Positions 37,950 through 46,483 of a stretch of DNA of 64,000 nucleotides are shown piece after piece; within the stretch, counting starts at the first letter, position 1, and each line of letters opens with the position of its first letter. This DNA comes from a virus, in IMG/VR virus record IMGVR_UViG_3300005805_000049, positions 62,218 to 126,217 of that record. One strand, given 5' to 3'. The notes below the pieces were generated by a model. The model did no database searches. It had not been told where the DNA came from and saw only the letters and a program-made list of their open reading frames with translations. Made by a program: the position numbers and the translations under genes.

Positions 37950-38222
37950 ATGAAATCAAATCCAAAGATTGAACAAGAGAGACGGAACCGAATCCGTCTC
38001 TCTATTTTCGCTTATGCATATGAGTTTGAAAACCACTCAATAATCTCAGATTCAGAGTATGATGCTTTGTCACGAAAGATCAATCCTTCTGTGTTGACAG
38101 GTCATGCTAAGTGTGATAAGTTCTTCAAGACTCAGTTTGAGCCAGACACTGGAATGTGGATTCACAAACATCCAGACTTACACGGTATTAGATGGCTATA
38201 TGAAAGGTATTTTGCGCGATGA
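37950..38222 (+). CDS. stand-alone NAD+-dependent DNA ligase N-terminal (domain Ia)-like protein
   Basis: AYAYE..SIISDSEYDAL resembles the LigA Ia YY..P.ISD.EYD.L motif; only ~90 aa. Confidence 0.6.
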   Translation: MKSNPKIEQERRNRIRLSIFAYAYEFENHSIISDSEYDALSRKINPSVLTGHAKCDKFFKTQFEPDTGMWIHKHPDLHGIRWLYERYFAR

Positions 38223-39190
38223 ACAAGCTATTTCTAAGAACTTGCAATCAAGATGGCACCTCTTATGAAGGGTTCCAATGGAATCTAGAAGTTGGTGGAA
38301 TCACTGAAGCACCAGATTGGAATCCAGAACCAGAATGTGGAGGTGGTCTTCATGGCCTTCTTCATGGCAAAGGTGATGGAGAAAATTTAGATCATTCTAA
38401 AGATTCCTTATGGATGGTTTGTGAAGCACTAGGACCAATCGTTGATATTGACCATAAGATTAAAACCTCTAAAGCCAAGACCTTGTTTGTTGGAGACCTT
38501 AAAGGTGCAACTGATTTCTTGATTGCATCTGGTTGTAATTCAGCAGAAGTTGTTGGAGCTTTTATTACTGGTGGGGATAGTTCAAAAATAATAGGGGCTG
38601 ATTGGTCAACTTTAACTGGTGGTGATGATTCAATCATAACTGGTGGTCGTTGGTCAACTTTAACTGGTGGTCGTTGGTCAACTGTAACCGGTGATGATAA
38701 TTCAATCATAACTGGTGGTAATTGGTCAACTTTAACTGGGGGTAATTATTCAAGCGTAACTGGTGGTGAATATTCAACTTTAACGGGTGGTAATTGGTCA
38801 ACTTTAAAGGGTGGTCATTGGTCAACTGTAACTGATGGTAATTATTCAAGCGTAACTGGTGGGGATTATTCAAATGTAACTGGTGGTAAATATTCAACCG
38901 TAACTGGGGGCGAATATTCAACTTTAACGGGTGGTAATGGGTCAACTTTAAAGGGTGGTCATTGGTCAACTTTAACTGGTCGTAATTATTCAAGCGTAAC
39001 TGGGGGCGATTATTCAAATGTAACTGGTGGTGAGTATTCAACCGTAACTGGTGGTGATGGTTCAATCCTATCGCTTGAATGGTATGATGGTAAAAGAACC
39101 AGAATTTCTATTGCTTATGTTGGTGAAGATGGTATTGAACCAAATGTACCATATAAACTAGACGATAATGGTAAATTCGTGAGGGCTTGA
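38219..39190 (+). CDS. octapeptide-repeat beta-helix protein, paralog 3
   Basis: near-identical N- and C-domains to 26377..27276, with more repeat units. Confidence 0.8.
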   Translation: MNKLFLRTCNQDGTSYEGFQWNLEVGGITEAPDWNPEPECGGGLHGLLHGKGDGENLDHSKDSLWMVCEALGPIVDIDHKIKTSKAKTLFVGDLKGATDFLIASGCNSAEVVGAFITGGDSSKIIGADWSTLTGGDDSIITGGRWSTLTGGRWSTVTGDDNSIITGGNWSTLTGGNYSSVTGGEYSTLTGGNWSTLKGGHWSTVTDGNYSSVTGGDYSNVTGGKYSTVTGGEYSTLTGGNGSTLKGGHWSTLTGRNYSSVTGGDYSNVTGGEYSTVTGGDGSILSLEWYDGKRTRISIAYVGEDGIEPNVPYKLDDNGKFVRA

Positions 39191-39558
39191 TAATGACTAA
39201 CACAAATAAAGCACTGAATGAATTATCAAAGTTTTCTGAAATGCAGGAACAATTTGAACGAGAATATGAGGCAGAATGTGATCAATTCTGGAGCAATCTT
39301 TCATATGACGATCAATTAAAAGCATTCTTCTCTGTATGCAAACGTATCTATCAAGGTGATGTAAAGGACCGTCGTTCATATCGTGGTGTTCTATATGATA
39401 CATTCAACTTTGAAAGCGATTCGTATGTGATTGGAATGCAGTGTGGCTACATGTCTTTGCATAACCTAATATTCGAAGGTCTCGATGCCAAAGAGATTAT
39501 GAAAGATCATGCCAATTCAATGAAAGTAGATTATACAAAGTCAGGAGATGAAACTTGA
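39187..39558 (+). CDS. hypothetical protein
   Basis: RSYRGVLYDTFNF..GMQCGYMSLHN. Confidence 0.65.
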   Translation: MIMTNTNKALNELSKFSEMQEQFEREYEAECDQFWSNLSYDDQLKAFFSVCKRIYQGDVKDRRSYRGVLYDTFNFESDSYVIGMQCGYMSLHNLIFEGLDAKEIMKDHANSMKVDYTKSGDET

Positions 39559-40009
39559 AAAAAACATTATATGTCGATCGCAAACTTATCAATGGCGACG
39601 AATTTATTGAGTGGGCAAATTCCCAAGGATTTACTAAAACATTAGAACCAAATGATCTTCATGCAACGATTGCCTTTTCAAAAAAAAACTTGATTGGAAC
39701 AATCTGACACCAGAACACTTTCTAAACAAAGTAAGAATTAAAGGCGGAAAGCGATCAGTAGTCCCTCTTGGAAATGAAGGAGCTATTGTTCTAAAGTTTG
39801 AATCTCCTACGTTGACAAGGGAATGGAATTACTATATTTCTAATGGAGCATCTTGGGATTGGGAATCATACCAACCTCATGTTTCGATCACATATAAAGA
39901 TCCAGACGTAGATTTATCAAAAGTGACGCCATACAAAGGCGAGTTGCTTTTTGGCCCTCATGTTATGAAAGAACTAGATTTGAATTGGAAAGAGAAAGTA
40001 ATGAAATGA
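39555..40009 (+). pseudogene. Acb1/gp57B-like 2H phosphoesterase split by a frameshift in an A9 run
   Basis: frame 1 TTG39555..LHATIAFS then stop at 39705-39707; second frame continues LDWNN..YQPHVSITY..; one extra A at 39680-39688 joins a 151-aa protein with HxT and HxS motifs. Confidence 0.75.
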
Positions 40010-40572
40010 ACTCAAATTTTCAAAAGCATTTGATGACCAAATATCCTGAACTGTTTGGTTTTGTCGGAAAAGATAGTAAATATTCTATCTCTCTTTTTGG
40101 TATCGAAACATCTGGTGATGGCTGGAATACTCTAATTGAGACGCTATGTAAAGCAATTGCAAGTCATATTAAATACAACAAAGCACCACAAGTACACGTG
40201 ACACAAATTAAAGAAAAATTTGGAACTTTAAGATTTTATTATGACGGCGGAGATGAATACATTTCAGGAATGGTAGCATTTGCTGAAAATGTGTCAGGCA
40301 GTATATGTGAAGTTTGTAGCGGTCCAGCAAAACTTAGAGATACAGGTTGGCTTGTAACTCTTTGCGATAAGCATTATGAAGATAAATATGGCGTACCAGA
40401 CGGTAAAACTAACAGATTCGAGGTAAACAAAATGGAAGAAACCAAAGAAAGAAAAGGCTGGATTTGTCCAGTATGCAATAAAGTAATGTCACCAGACGTA
40501 ACCACGTGTGATTGTGGAAAAGCGACAAATGAAGATACAACCAAAGACACAAAGGTTCTTTTGAATGAATAA
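40006..40572 (+). CDS. conserved hypothetical protein with zinc ribbons
   Basis: QIKEKFGTLRFY..CEVC..LCDKH; second CPVC..CDC. Confidence 0.7.
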   Translation: MNSNFQKHLMTKYPELFGFVGKDSKYSISLFGIETSGDGWNTLIETLCKAIASHIKYNKAPQVHVTQIKEKFGTLRFYYDGGDEYISGMVAFAENVSGSICEVCSGPAKLRDTGWLVTLCDKHYEDKYGVPDGKTNRFEVNKMEETKERKGWICPVCNKVMSPDVTTCDCGKATNEDTTKDTKVLLNE

Positions 40573-40792
40573 AATACAGGATGTAGAACAAAAACTTTTT
40601 GATTTTTCAAACATTCTAGCGGATATGGATTTGATTGATCTTACTAATTCAGATCCACATAAAACTAAGATGCTTCTCAGTTCTATTAAGAATGTATATC
40701 AAGCAAAGTTTGATATGTTATGGGTATCATTTGAAGAATTGACGAAGGAATTTTACAATGGATCAAAAGACTACAAAACAACTTCTGAGTGA
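40565..40792 (+). CDS. hypothetical protein
   Basis: coupled ORF. Confidence 0.55.
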   Translation: MNKIQDVEQKLFDFSNILADMDLIDLTNSDPHKTKMLLSSIKNVYQAKFDMLWVSFEELTKEFYNGSKDYKTTSE

Positions 40793-41015
40793 ATTAGAGA
40801 CTATTATTAAAATGAATCCAGGGGTATCTGTCATCGATTTGATGGATATTTCCCTGGATTTTTGTTATGGATCACAGTGTTACGTTGCTCCTAGAAATCA
40901 AAAAAACAAGTTGACCTTTTCAAACGATCAGCTATTATACGCATTGAACAAGTACAACAGGATGAGGAAACAAGATGCTTGTAAAGATGGGAAAGTACCC
41001 CAAGAACGGCGATGA
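40758..41015 (+). CDS. hypothetical protein
   Basis: AAGGA RBS. Confidence 0.5.
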   Translation: MDQKTTKQLLSELETIIKMNPGVSVIDLMDISLDFCYGSQCYVAPRNQKNKLTFSNDQLLYALNKYNRMRKQDACKDGKVPQERR

Positions 41016-41484
41016 TAGAAAGGTTTCAGTTCGTATTGACCCTCATGATGCATGGGGAGCATATCACTCACTTGCTCTAATTATTGTTCCTATGTTGAAG
41101 ATGGTAAAGGAGAAGAAGCAGGGTTCTCCTTTTGTGGACTCTGAAGATGTGCCCGAAGAACTTCGTCGCACGGAAGAAGATTGTGAGACATTTCTTTCGT
41201 CGGGCGATATTGACGATAAGTTTCATGCTCGTTGGGAATGGGTCATCGACCAGATGATTTTCTCTTTCGAGCATTATCTTAATGCAGACGAAAACGACTT
41301 TCAGTTTTGGGATGAGTTTCCTGAAATTGCAGAATTTAAAGATACAGATGACGGAACAGATAATAAAGAGCTTGTTTGGAAAACCAAAGGTAAGTATAAC
41401 GAAGAAAGAGCTAAGATTTATTATGACAAGGTTCAAAATGGTTTGAATCTGTTTGCCAAGTATTATGGATCACTCTGGACTTGA
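40975..41484 (+). CDS. conserved phage hypothetical protein
   Basis: RIDPHDAW..SLALIIVPML..RWEWVIDQMIFSFE..FAKYYGSLW. Confidence 0.75.
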   Translation: MLVKMGKYPKNGDDRKVSVRIDPHDAWGAYHSLALIIVPMLKMVKEKKQGSPFVDSEDVPEELRRTEEDCETFLSSGDIDDKFHARWEWVIDQMIFSFEHYLNADENDFQFWDEFPEIAEFKDTDDGTDNKELVWKTKGKYNEERAKIYYDKVQNGLNLFAKYYGSLWT

Positions 41485-41672
41485 GGCGAAAAATGGCTTG
41501 TTCAAATTGTAAATTTTTTCATAAGACTAAAGGAGATAAAGGCACATGCCGACGTTATCCTCCTTTCAAATGGTTTGTTGGCGGTAAATGGTCACAACCA
41601 GAAGTTTCTGTGAATGATGGGTGTGGTGAATGGCAACTTGAAACTTGGAGAAATTTAGGAAAGAATGAATAA
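41481..41672 (+). CDS. small Cys-rich protein
   Basis: CSNCKF..GTCRRYPP..DGCGEW. Confidence 0.6.
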   Translation: MRRKMACSNCKFFHKTKGDKGTCRRYPPFKWFVGGKWSQPEVSVNDGCGEWQLETWRNLGKNE

Positions 41673-42073
41673 TGACATATCGTGATTATATTCATTGTAT
41701 GGAATGCGATTGTAAATTGATTTATGATGGTCATGATAATATTCGTGACCATCTTTGTGAAACTTATGATATTCCAGAAGAAAACTGGTCGAAGCCTTTA
41801 ATTTGTCCAACTTGTCTTAATAAGTTAAAGAATGAGCTTCATCATCTAAAAGGAACAGTCAGCACTTATGGTAATTTGCTTTTTGGCCCAGATTTACAAA
41901 AAGAGACAATTAAGCGGACAAGATATCACCGTGAAAATTTCACAAAACATATTGCCGAAGTTTGGGTTGACAATAAGTGCGTGAAGATGTACCATGGTCA
42001 AGATGCGATAGATTGTGAGTTGGGTAAGATACCTTTACCCAAGGGTGCAATCATAAAAACCTGGGATTATTGA
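41672..42073 (+). CDS. hypothetical zinc-finger protein
   Basis: CMECD..CPTC. Confidence 0.55.
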   Translation: MTYRDYIHCMECDCKLIYDGHDNIRDHLCETYDIPEENWSKPLICPTCLNKLKNELHHLKGTVSTYGNLLFGPDLQKETIKRTRYHRENFTKHIAEVWVDNKCVKMYHGQDAIDCELGKIPLPKGAIIKTWDY

Positions 42074-42083
42074 GGACTGAAAA

Positions 42084-42302
42084 ATGTATCTCGATAACTG
42101 CATGATTATTGATGCTAACCGATACAAATATATTCGTTTGTCTACCATTCGTATGTTTGACTTTGTAATTCTTAAAAAGGACGACGGCACATATAGTTTT
42201 CATAAAAATAGGCACAATGGTATTCTTCATAAAAACTTGACAGAATACCAATTGAATGAATTAATGAACTCTTATAGAATGGGATTTTATGATGGAAATT
42301 AA
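42084..42302 (+). CDS. hypothetical protein
   Basis: GAGGA RBS. Confidence 0.5.
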   Translation: MYLDNCMIIDANRYKYIRLSTIRMFDFVILKKDDGTYSFHKNRHNGILHKNLTEYQLNELMNSYRMGFYDGN

Positions 42303-42768
42303 AAACACAATTTCTGAAGAAGATATCGAATGGGAATTTGATAACGGCGAACTCGTTTTTGAGAAAGAAATTGCCCTTGCACATCTATTAATCAATGAAG
42401 TGGTTTACACAAATTCTTTTTGGTGGATGTATGAAGATTTTAGAACAAATCCAGATACCAAAAAGCTAGAAACTGTTCCACTCAAAGATGCTAGGTGGAC
42501 AAAAGAAGAAAGTAGATATATTGCAATTTTTGTAAATTGCAATGATATTTTTTATTGGGCATGTTCTGATGCGGAACTCTTACCACACCATCAAATAAAA
42601 ACTTTATATGAAATGTGGAAAGCTGATCCTGAATGGGGTCCGGCAAAATGGTGCTGTATTCAAAGAAACAAGAAACCACAAGAACCAGTAATTAAACTGA
42701 TGAAAGAACTTGGTGTTTGGGATTCTGTAATGGAAGGTCTAGGAGTGTCAAATGTACCTCAGTTTTAG
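42289..42768 (+). CDS. hypothetical protein
   Basis: VNCNDIFYWACSDAE..WGPAKWCC. Confidence 0.65.
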   Translation: MMEIKNTISEEDIEWEFDNGELVFEKEIALAHLLINEVVYTNSFWWMYEDFRTNPDTKKLETVPLKDARWTKEESRYIAIFVNCNDIFYWACSDAELLPHHQIKTLYEMWKADPEWGPAKWCCIQRNKKPQEPVIKLMKELGVWDSVMEGLGVSNVPQF

Positions 42769-43084
42769 TATCTCTTTTCCATACAAGAAACGTAAGGAAC
42801 AAGTTGACTATCTAGAAAAAACATGGTCAATCAGCAAAAATAAATCGCTAGAGCTTCAAATATCTAAATAGGGGCATTCTTGGACTCTACTTGGTATTAC
42901 AATGATCCCTTCTTGGTACAGATCACATTCTGGCGTTGAGATTGAACTAGAATTGTTCAATTATGCTGTGATTGTTAACTTTTGTGATAACAGACACTGG
43001 AATTATAAAGAAGGTAGATGGTGTGAAGAAGATGAAGAATGAAAGAACTTGGTGTTTGGGATTCTGTAATGGAAGGTCTAGGAG
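42700..43084 (+). repeat. 46-bp perfect direct repeat flanking one gene
   Basis: ATGAAAGAACTTGGTGTTTGGGATTCTGTAATGGAAGGTCTAGGAG at 42700-42745 and 43039-43084. Confidence 0.92.
42752..43042 (+). pseudogene. 96-codon ORF with an in-frame TAG at codon 40
   Basis: AGGAG RBS, MYLSFSIS..LELQISK*GHSW..DNRHWNYKEGRW; TAG 42869-42871. Confidence 0.65.
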
Positions 43085-43093
43085 AAAATTAGT

Positions 43094-43291
43094 ATGAACA
43101 AAGAACAAATTGAAGAAATGAAATCAAGACCCGAGTTTGAATTGTTGCGACGATGTTTGTTGGAAAAATTTGGTAATCTTTTAAGACTGAAACATACATC
43201 ATATTTCTCCGACGAAACAAGACAAGTGATTCAACATCTAGAAAAACATGGGTATAGGATCGTAAAGAATGTACCTCCAACAACTGGTTGA
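43094..43291 (+). CDS. hypothetical protein
   Basis: uses the AGGAG of the repeat as RBS. Confidence 0.55.
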   Translation: MNKEQIEEMKSRPEFELLRRCLLEKFGNLLRLKHTSYFSDETRQVIQHLEKHGYRIVKNVPPTTG

Positions 43292-43437
43292 TATTGCATA
43301 TGAAGAAGGTAAAAAAGCCTTTTATGATGGTAAAAGCAGTTCAGACAATCCGTATACTGGTGTGAATGAAGATCATCAGTGGGAAGCCTGGAAAGAAGGC
43401 TATTACAATGCTGCATGGGACAACTGATTTTTTTCAG

Positions 43438-43466
43438 TTGACAACCCAGCAGCATTTTGCTATACT
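43438..43466 (+). promoter_or_regulatory. sigma70-type promoter
   Basis: TTGACA-N17-TATACT. Confidence 0.8.
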
Positions 43467-43493
43467 GTGTCTATGATGATGAAAGGATACAGC

Positions 43494-43673
43494 ATGAAAC
43501 AGTTTATTGATGATCATTATCCATTTATAGTGACAATAACTTTTGCTATTATATTGATCACTTCATTGTTGATAAGTACATATCTTCATGATAGAAAATA
43601 TATGGCGTGTATTGAAGCCAAGATGCAGTATGTTTCTGGAAATTGTGTAATCGGAAGGGTGGATACAAAATGA
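43494..43673 (+). CDS. small membrane protein
   Basis: AAGGA RBS, MKQFIDD, one transmembrane helix. Confidence 0.55.
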   Translation: MKQFIDDHYPFIVTITFAIILITSLLISTYLHDRKYMACIEAKMQYVSGNCVIGRVDTK

Positions 43674-43927
43674 CCAAGGATATTGTGACACAACTTCGTG
43701 AATATGCAGAGTGTTGCCAGATTGCAGGAATGACAGCTGAAATGAATCGCACAACTGCTGCCATTACTGAAATCAGTAGACTTCGTGGATCATTGGAAAG
43801 AGTGCTTCTTGATATCAAGTTCATGACCGAAGAAGGATTGATTTCGGAACATCTTCTTGATGACATTATCTATCAAAATGCATTGGAACTAATGACGCCA
43901 GAATTTATGAAGGAATTTAATAAATGA
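43670..43927 (+). CDS. DIVxxLR...EIxRLR family protein
   Basis: MTKDIVTQLRE..AAITEISRLR. Confidence 0.55.
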   Translation: MTKDIVTQLREYAECCQIAGMTAEMNRTTAAITEISRLRGSLERVLLDIKFMTEEGLISEHLLDDIIYQNALELMTPEFMKEFNK

Positions 43928-44223
43928 CCAAAATAAGTTTCGATGATTTTATTAAAAGTCTTGATCTACAAACTGGTTATCCTTGTGCTTGTGTTGGACC
44001 AGAGAATAAAGATGATCCATACTGTAGTTGTGCGATGATGATTTACAATACTATTAAAGATGATGACAAACAAAAACTCCGAGAATATTGGAAATCTAAT
44101 GGACGGTTAACATATCAAGAAATAGCACAAAAACAAGCAGAAAGTAAGAAAAGCAAATCTGAATTAATCCGAGAAAAGAGAATTAAACTCCTTAAAGAAA
44201 AAGGATTGTTAAATGAAATATAA
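43924..44223 (+). CDS. hypothetical protein
   Basis: CACVGP..DPYCSCAM. Confidence 0.55.
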   Translation: MTKISFDDFIKSLDLQTGYPCACVGPENKDDPYCSCAMMIYNTIKDDDKQKLREYWKSNGRLTYQEIAQKQAESKKSKSELIREKRIKLLKEKGLLNEI

Positions 44224-44488
44224 GAAATGTAAGAAATGTAAGACTTGCAAACATTGGAACACTTTAAATCCTCGATATAATAGTAACCGAGCAGTTCGTC
44301 GGTGTGACAAAGCAGTTCAGTTATTTGATGCCGAAGATTGGGTTGAAATTGATGGCGAAACTCAATTAGAAATCATTCCTGAATATAAAGACCAGTTGAT
44401 GTTTACTCAAGATGGCTCAAGTTATGCAGCATCTCTATATACAAGAGCAGAATTTTTCTGTGCTCATTGGGAGAAGAAAGATGAATAA
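44213..44488 (+). CDS. Cys-rich hypothetical protein
   Basis: CKTCKHW..FFCAHW. Confidence 0.55.
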   Translation: MKYKKCKKCKTCKHWNTLNPRYNSNRAVRRCDKAVQLFDAEDWVEIDGETQLEIIPEYKDQLMFTQDGSSYAASLYTRAEFFCAHWEKKDE

Positions 44489-45509
44489 ATTTCCAATTCC
44501 TACTGGCTATCTGTTTACTGATGATTACAGTAAAGGAAAACTAGAAACTCTTTCTATTGGAGATTATGGAAAAAAGTATAATGTCAAGGCAGATTTCTTG
44601 GGATATACAAAACCAATTGAAGGAGTTCCAAACACTTACTGTATGCCTCTTTCAGAGAAATGGGTAATCACTTTATCCACTCAGTATGGTTGTCCGATGA
44701 AATGCAATTTTTGTGATGTTCCGAACGTCAAATTTCGAGGTAACGCCACTCACGAAGATTTGTTCAAGCAATTGGACAATGCAATTTCTCTGTTTCCCTC
44801 AGTTAGATATACGGAGAGAATGAACATTCATTTTGCTCGAATGGGCGATCCTATCTTCAATGATGATGTGTTTGTATTTTCTAGATTAATATCTCGTGAT
44901 GATGGAAAGAGATATTTGAAGGATACCCATAATCTAAGAGTCGAAGTTATCCATCCTGTACTAACAACTTCATTGCCTAAGAAGTTTAAGAAACTAGAAG
45001 AAAGAATCAGGCAGTGGTGCGTGATCAAAAACGAGTACTATTACGGTCAAGCAGGATTGCAGTTTTCCATCAATTCTACAGATGAAGCTCAAAGATCGGT
45101 TATGTTTGGAGATCAACAACTTCATTTGAAAGATTTTTCACATATTTGTAAGTATTTGCCACCACCTCTCTCTCGTAAATATTGTTTGAATTTTGCATAT
45201 TCTACAGATTATAAAATTGATGCAGAGTATCTAGTATCGTTGTTTGATCCAGAAATGTTTATGTGTAAAATTACTCCTATCCACAACAACAATGCTTGTA
45301 GAGAAAATGACATCAAGACTGTTGGAGGATATGATAGTTATGCTCCATATCAAGAGGTCGAAGAAGCATTAAAGAAAGTAGGTTTTGATGTATTGGTATT
45401 CGTGCCTTCAATTGATGAAGAAGACGGTCTTGTAACTTGTGGTAATGCGGTTCTTGGGGGATCTAAATTAAAAAATACAACTGATGTAATCAAAATTGAA
45501 GGACTGTGA
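44481..45509 (+). CDS. radical SAM enzyme, RlmN/Cfr-like
   Basis: STQYGCPMKCNFC, FARMGDP (cf. MGMGEP), FSINS, C-terminal VTCG (cf. ACGQL). Confidence 0.8.
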   Translation: MNKFPIPTGYLFTDDYSKGKLETLSIGDYGKKYNVKADFLGYTKPIEGVPNTYCMPLSEKWVITLSTQYGCPMKCNFCDVPNVKFRGNATHEDLFKQLDNAISLFPSVRYTERMNIHFARMGDPIFNDDVFVFSRLISRDDGKRYLKDTHNLRVEVIHPVLTTSLPKKFKKLEERIRQWCVIKNEYYYGQAGLQFSINSTDEAQRSVMFGDQQLHLKDFSHICKYLPPPLSRKYCLNFAYSTDYKIDAEYLVSLFDPEMFMCKITPIHNNNACRENDIKTVGGYDSYAPYQEVEEALKKVGFDVLVFVPSIDEEDGLVTCGNAVLGGSKLKNTTDVIKIEGL

Positions 45510-45512
45510 CAA

Positions 45513-45809
45513 ATGGCTGACGATGTAGACATTATCGACAAACTTAATCGTGTTGGTTGGTCTAATTCTATTGGTTATTCTATTGAAGTGTCTAAAGAAG
45601 CCGTTGCTGAAATTGAAAGACTTCGGGAGAAGTGTGCATTATACGAAAGTGCTCTATTAAAAATTAGCCGGTCAAATTATGGATATCAAGGAATAGTTGA
45701 AGATTACGGGCATGACGAATTAGAATTTTATAAAAATGCATTCGATTATTTCAAAAAATGTGCTAATAATGCAACATATACAGCAAAAGAGGCTTTGACG
45801 AATGGTTGA
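45513..45809 (+). CDS. DI..L...EIERLR family protein
   Basis: DIIDKLN..EAVAEIERLREK. Confidence 0.6.
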   Translation: MADDVDIIDKLNRVGWSNSIGYSIEVSKEAVAEIERLREKCALYESALLKISRSNYGYQGIVEDYGHDELEFYKNAFDYFKKCANNATYTAKEALTNG

Positions 45810-46131
45810 TATTACAGAAAAACTTAATGGCATTGGATGGGCCAATTCTGTCGGGTATCCTCCAAAAGATGATTTACTAGCACATGCCATTGAAGTGTCT
45901 AAAGAAGCTGTTGCTGAAATTGAAAGACTCCGTGAGAAGTGTAACATGCAAGCCAAGATACTTCGGCAGTTGACACCAGACAAATATCCAGGTACAATCT
46001 TCATCCATGCTGAGATGGGTTCTCGTGACAGGAACAACATGCCAGAAAAATTACTTGTTGTTCCATCTTATGGTGTAGATTTTTCGTATATGTATGAACG
46101 AACCGAAAAAACTGTTGGAACGGAGTGGTGA
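45802..46131 (+). CDS. DI..L...EIERLR family protein
   Basis: DITEKLN..EAVAEIERLREK. Confidence 0.6.
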   Translation: MVDITEKLNGIGWANSVGYPPKDDLLAHAIEVSKEAVAEIERLREKCNMQAKILRQLTPDKYPGTIFIHAEMGSRDRNNMPEKLLVVPSYGVDFSYMYERTEKTVGTEW

Positions 46132-46132
46132 T

Positions 46133-46483
46133 ATGACTGATATTGTTGATAGACTTAACGAATCGATCATTGACATAGAAACCAATGAACCACTATTTCC
46201 TGGTGTATTTGCACATTGCACGGTCGAAGACATTAAGGAGGCTGTTGTTGAAATTGAAAGGCTCCGTGAAGAAAACCGAAAACTAAAAGAACCAGTTAAG
46301 GATGAGAATATGACTGACATTATAGAAAAATTAAAGTCATCGACTCAATGGTGGCACGCAGATTGTGATATGAAGATGGAGGCCGCACATGAGATTGAAA
46401 GACTTCGTGAAGAAAACCGAAAACTAAAAGAACGAATTACTGAACTTGGTTGGATTGCATCGCCTGAAAGGATGGGACAATGA
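46133..46483 (+). CDS. tandem double DI..L...EIERLR family protein
   Basis: two units MTDIVDRL..EIERLREENRKLKE and MTDIIEKL..EIERLREENRKLKE. Confidence 0.6.
   Translation: MTDIVDRLNESIIDIETNEPLFPGVFAHCTVEDIKEAVVEIERLREENRKLKEPVKDENMTDIIEKLKSSTQWWHADCDMKMEAAHEIERLREENRKLKERITELGWIASPERMGQ

Noticed and set aside
38706-39065. Minus-strand His/Asn/Gln-repeat ORFs (also 26771..27007)
   Set aside because: Antisense shadows of the octapeptide repeats, with no RBS or promoter
26377-39190. Diversity-generating retroelement behind the repeat variation
   Set aside because: No reverse transcriptase or non-coding template in the window; variable codons include TGG, TGC and GAA, which an AAT-type adenine-only template would not give
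42869-42871. Genome-wide TAG reassignment
   Set aside because: Only one interrupted gene seen; long genes are intact in the standard code, some end in TAG, and no suppressor tRNA is in the window
44222-44242. 9-bp tandem duplication AAGAAATGT (KKC KKC)
   Set aside because: In-frame slippage duplication with no evident consequence
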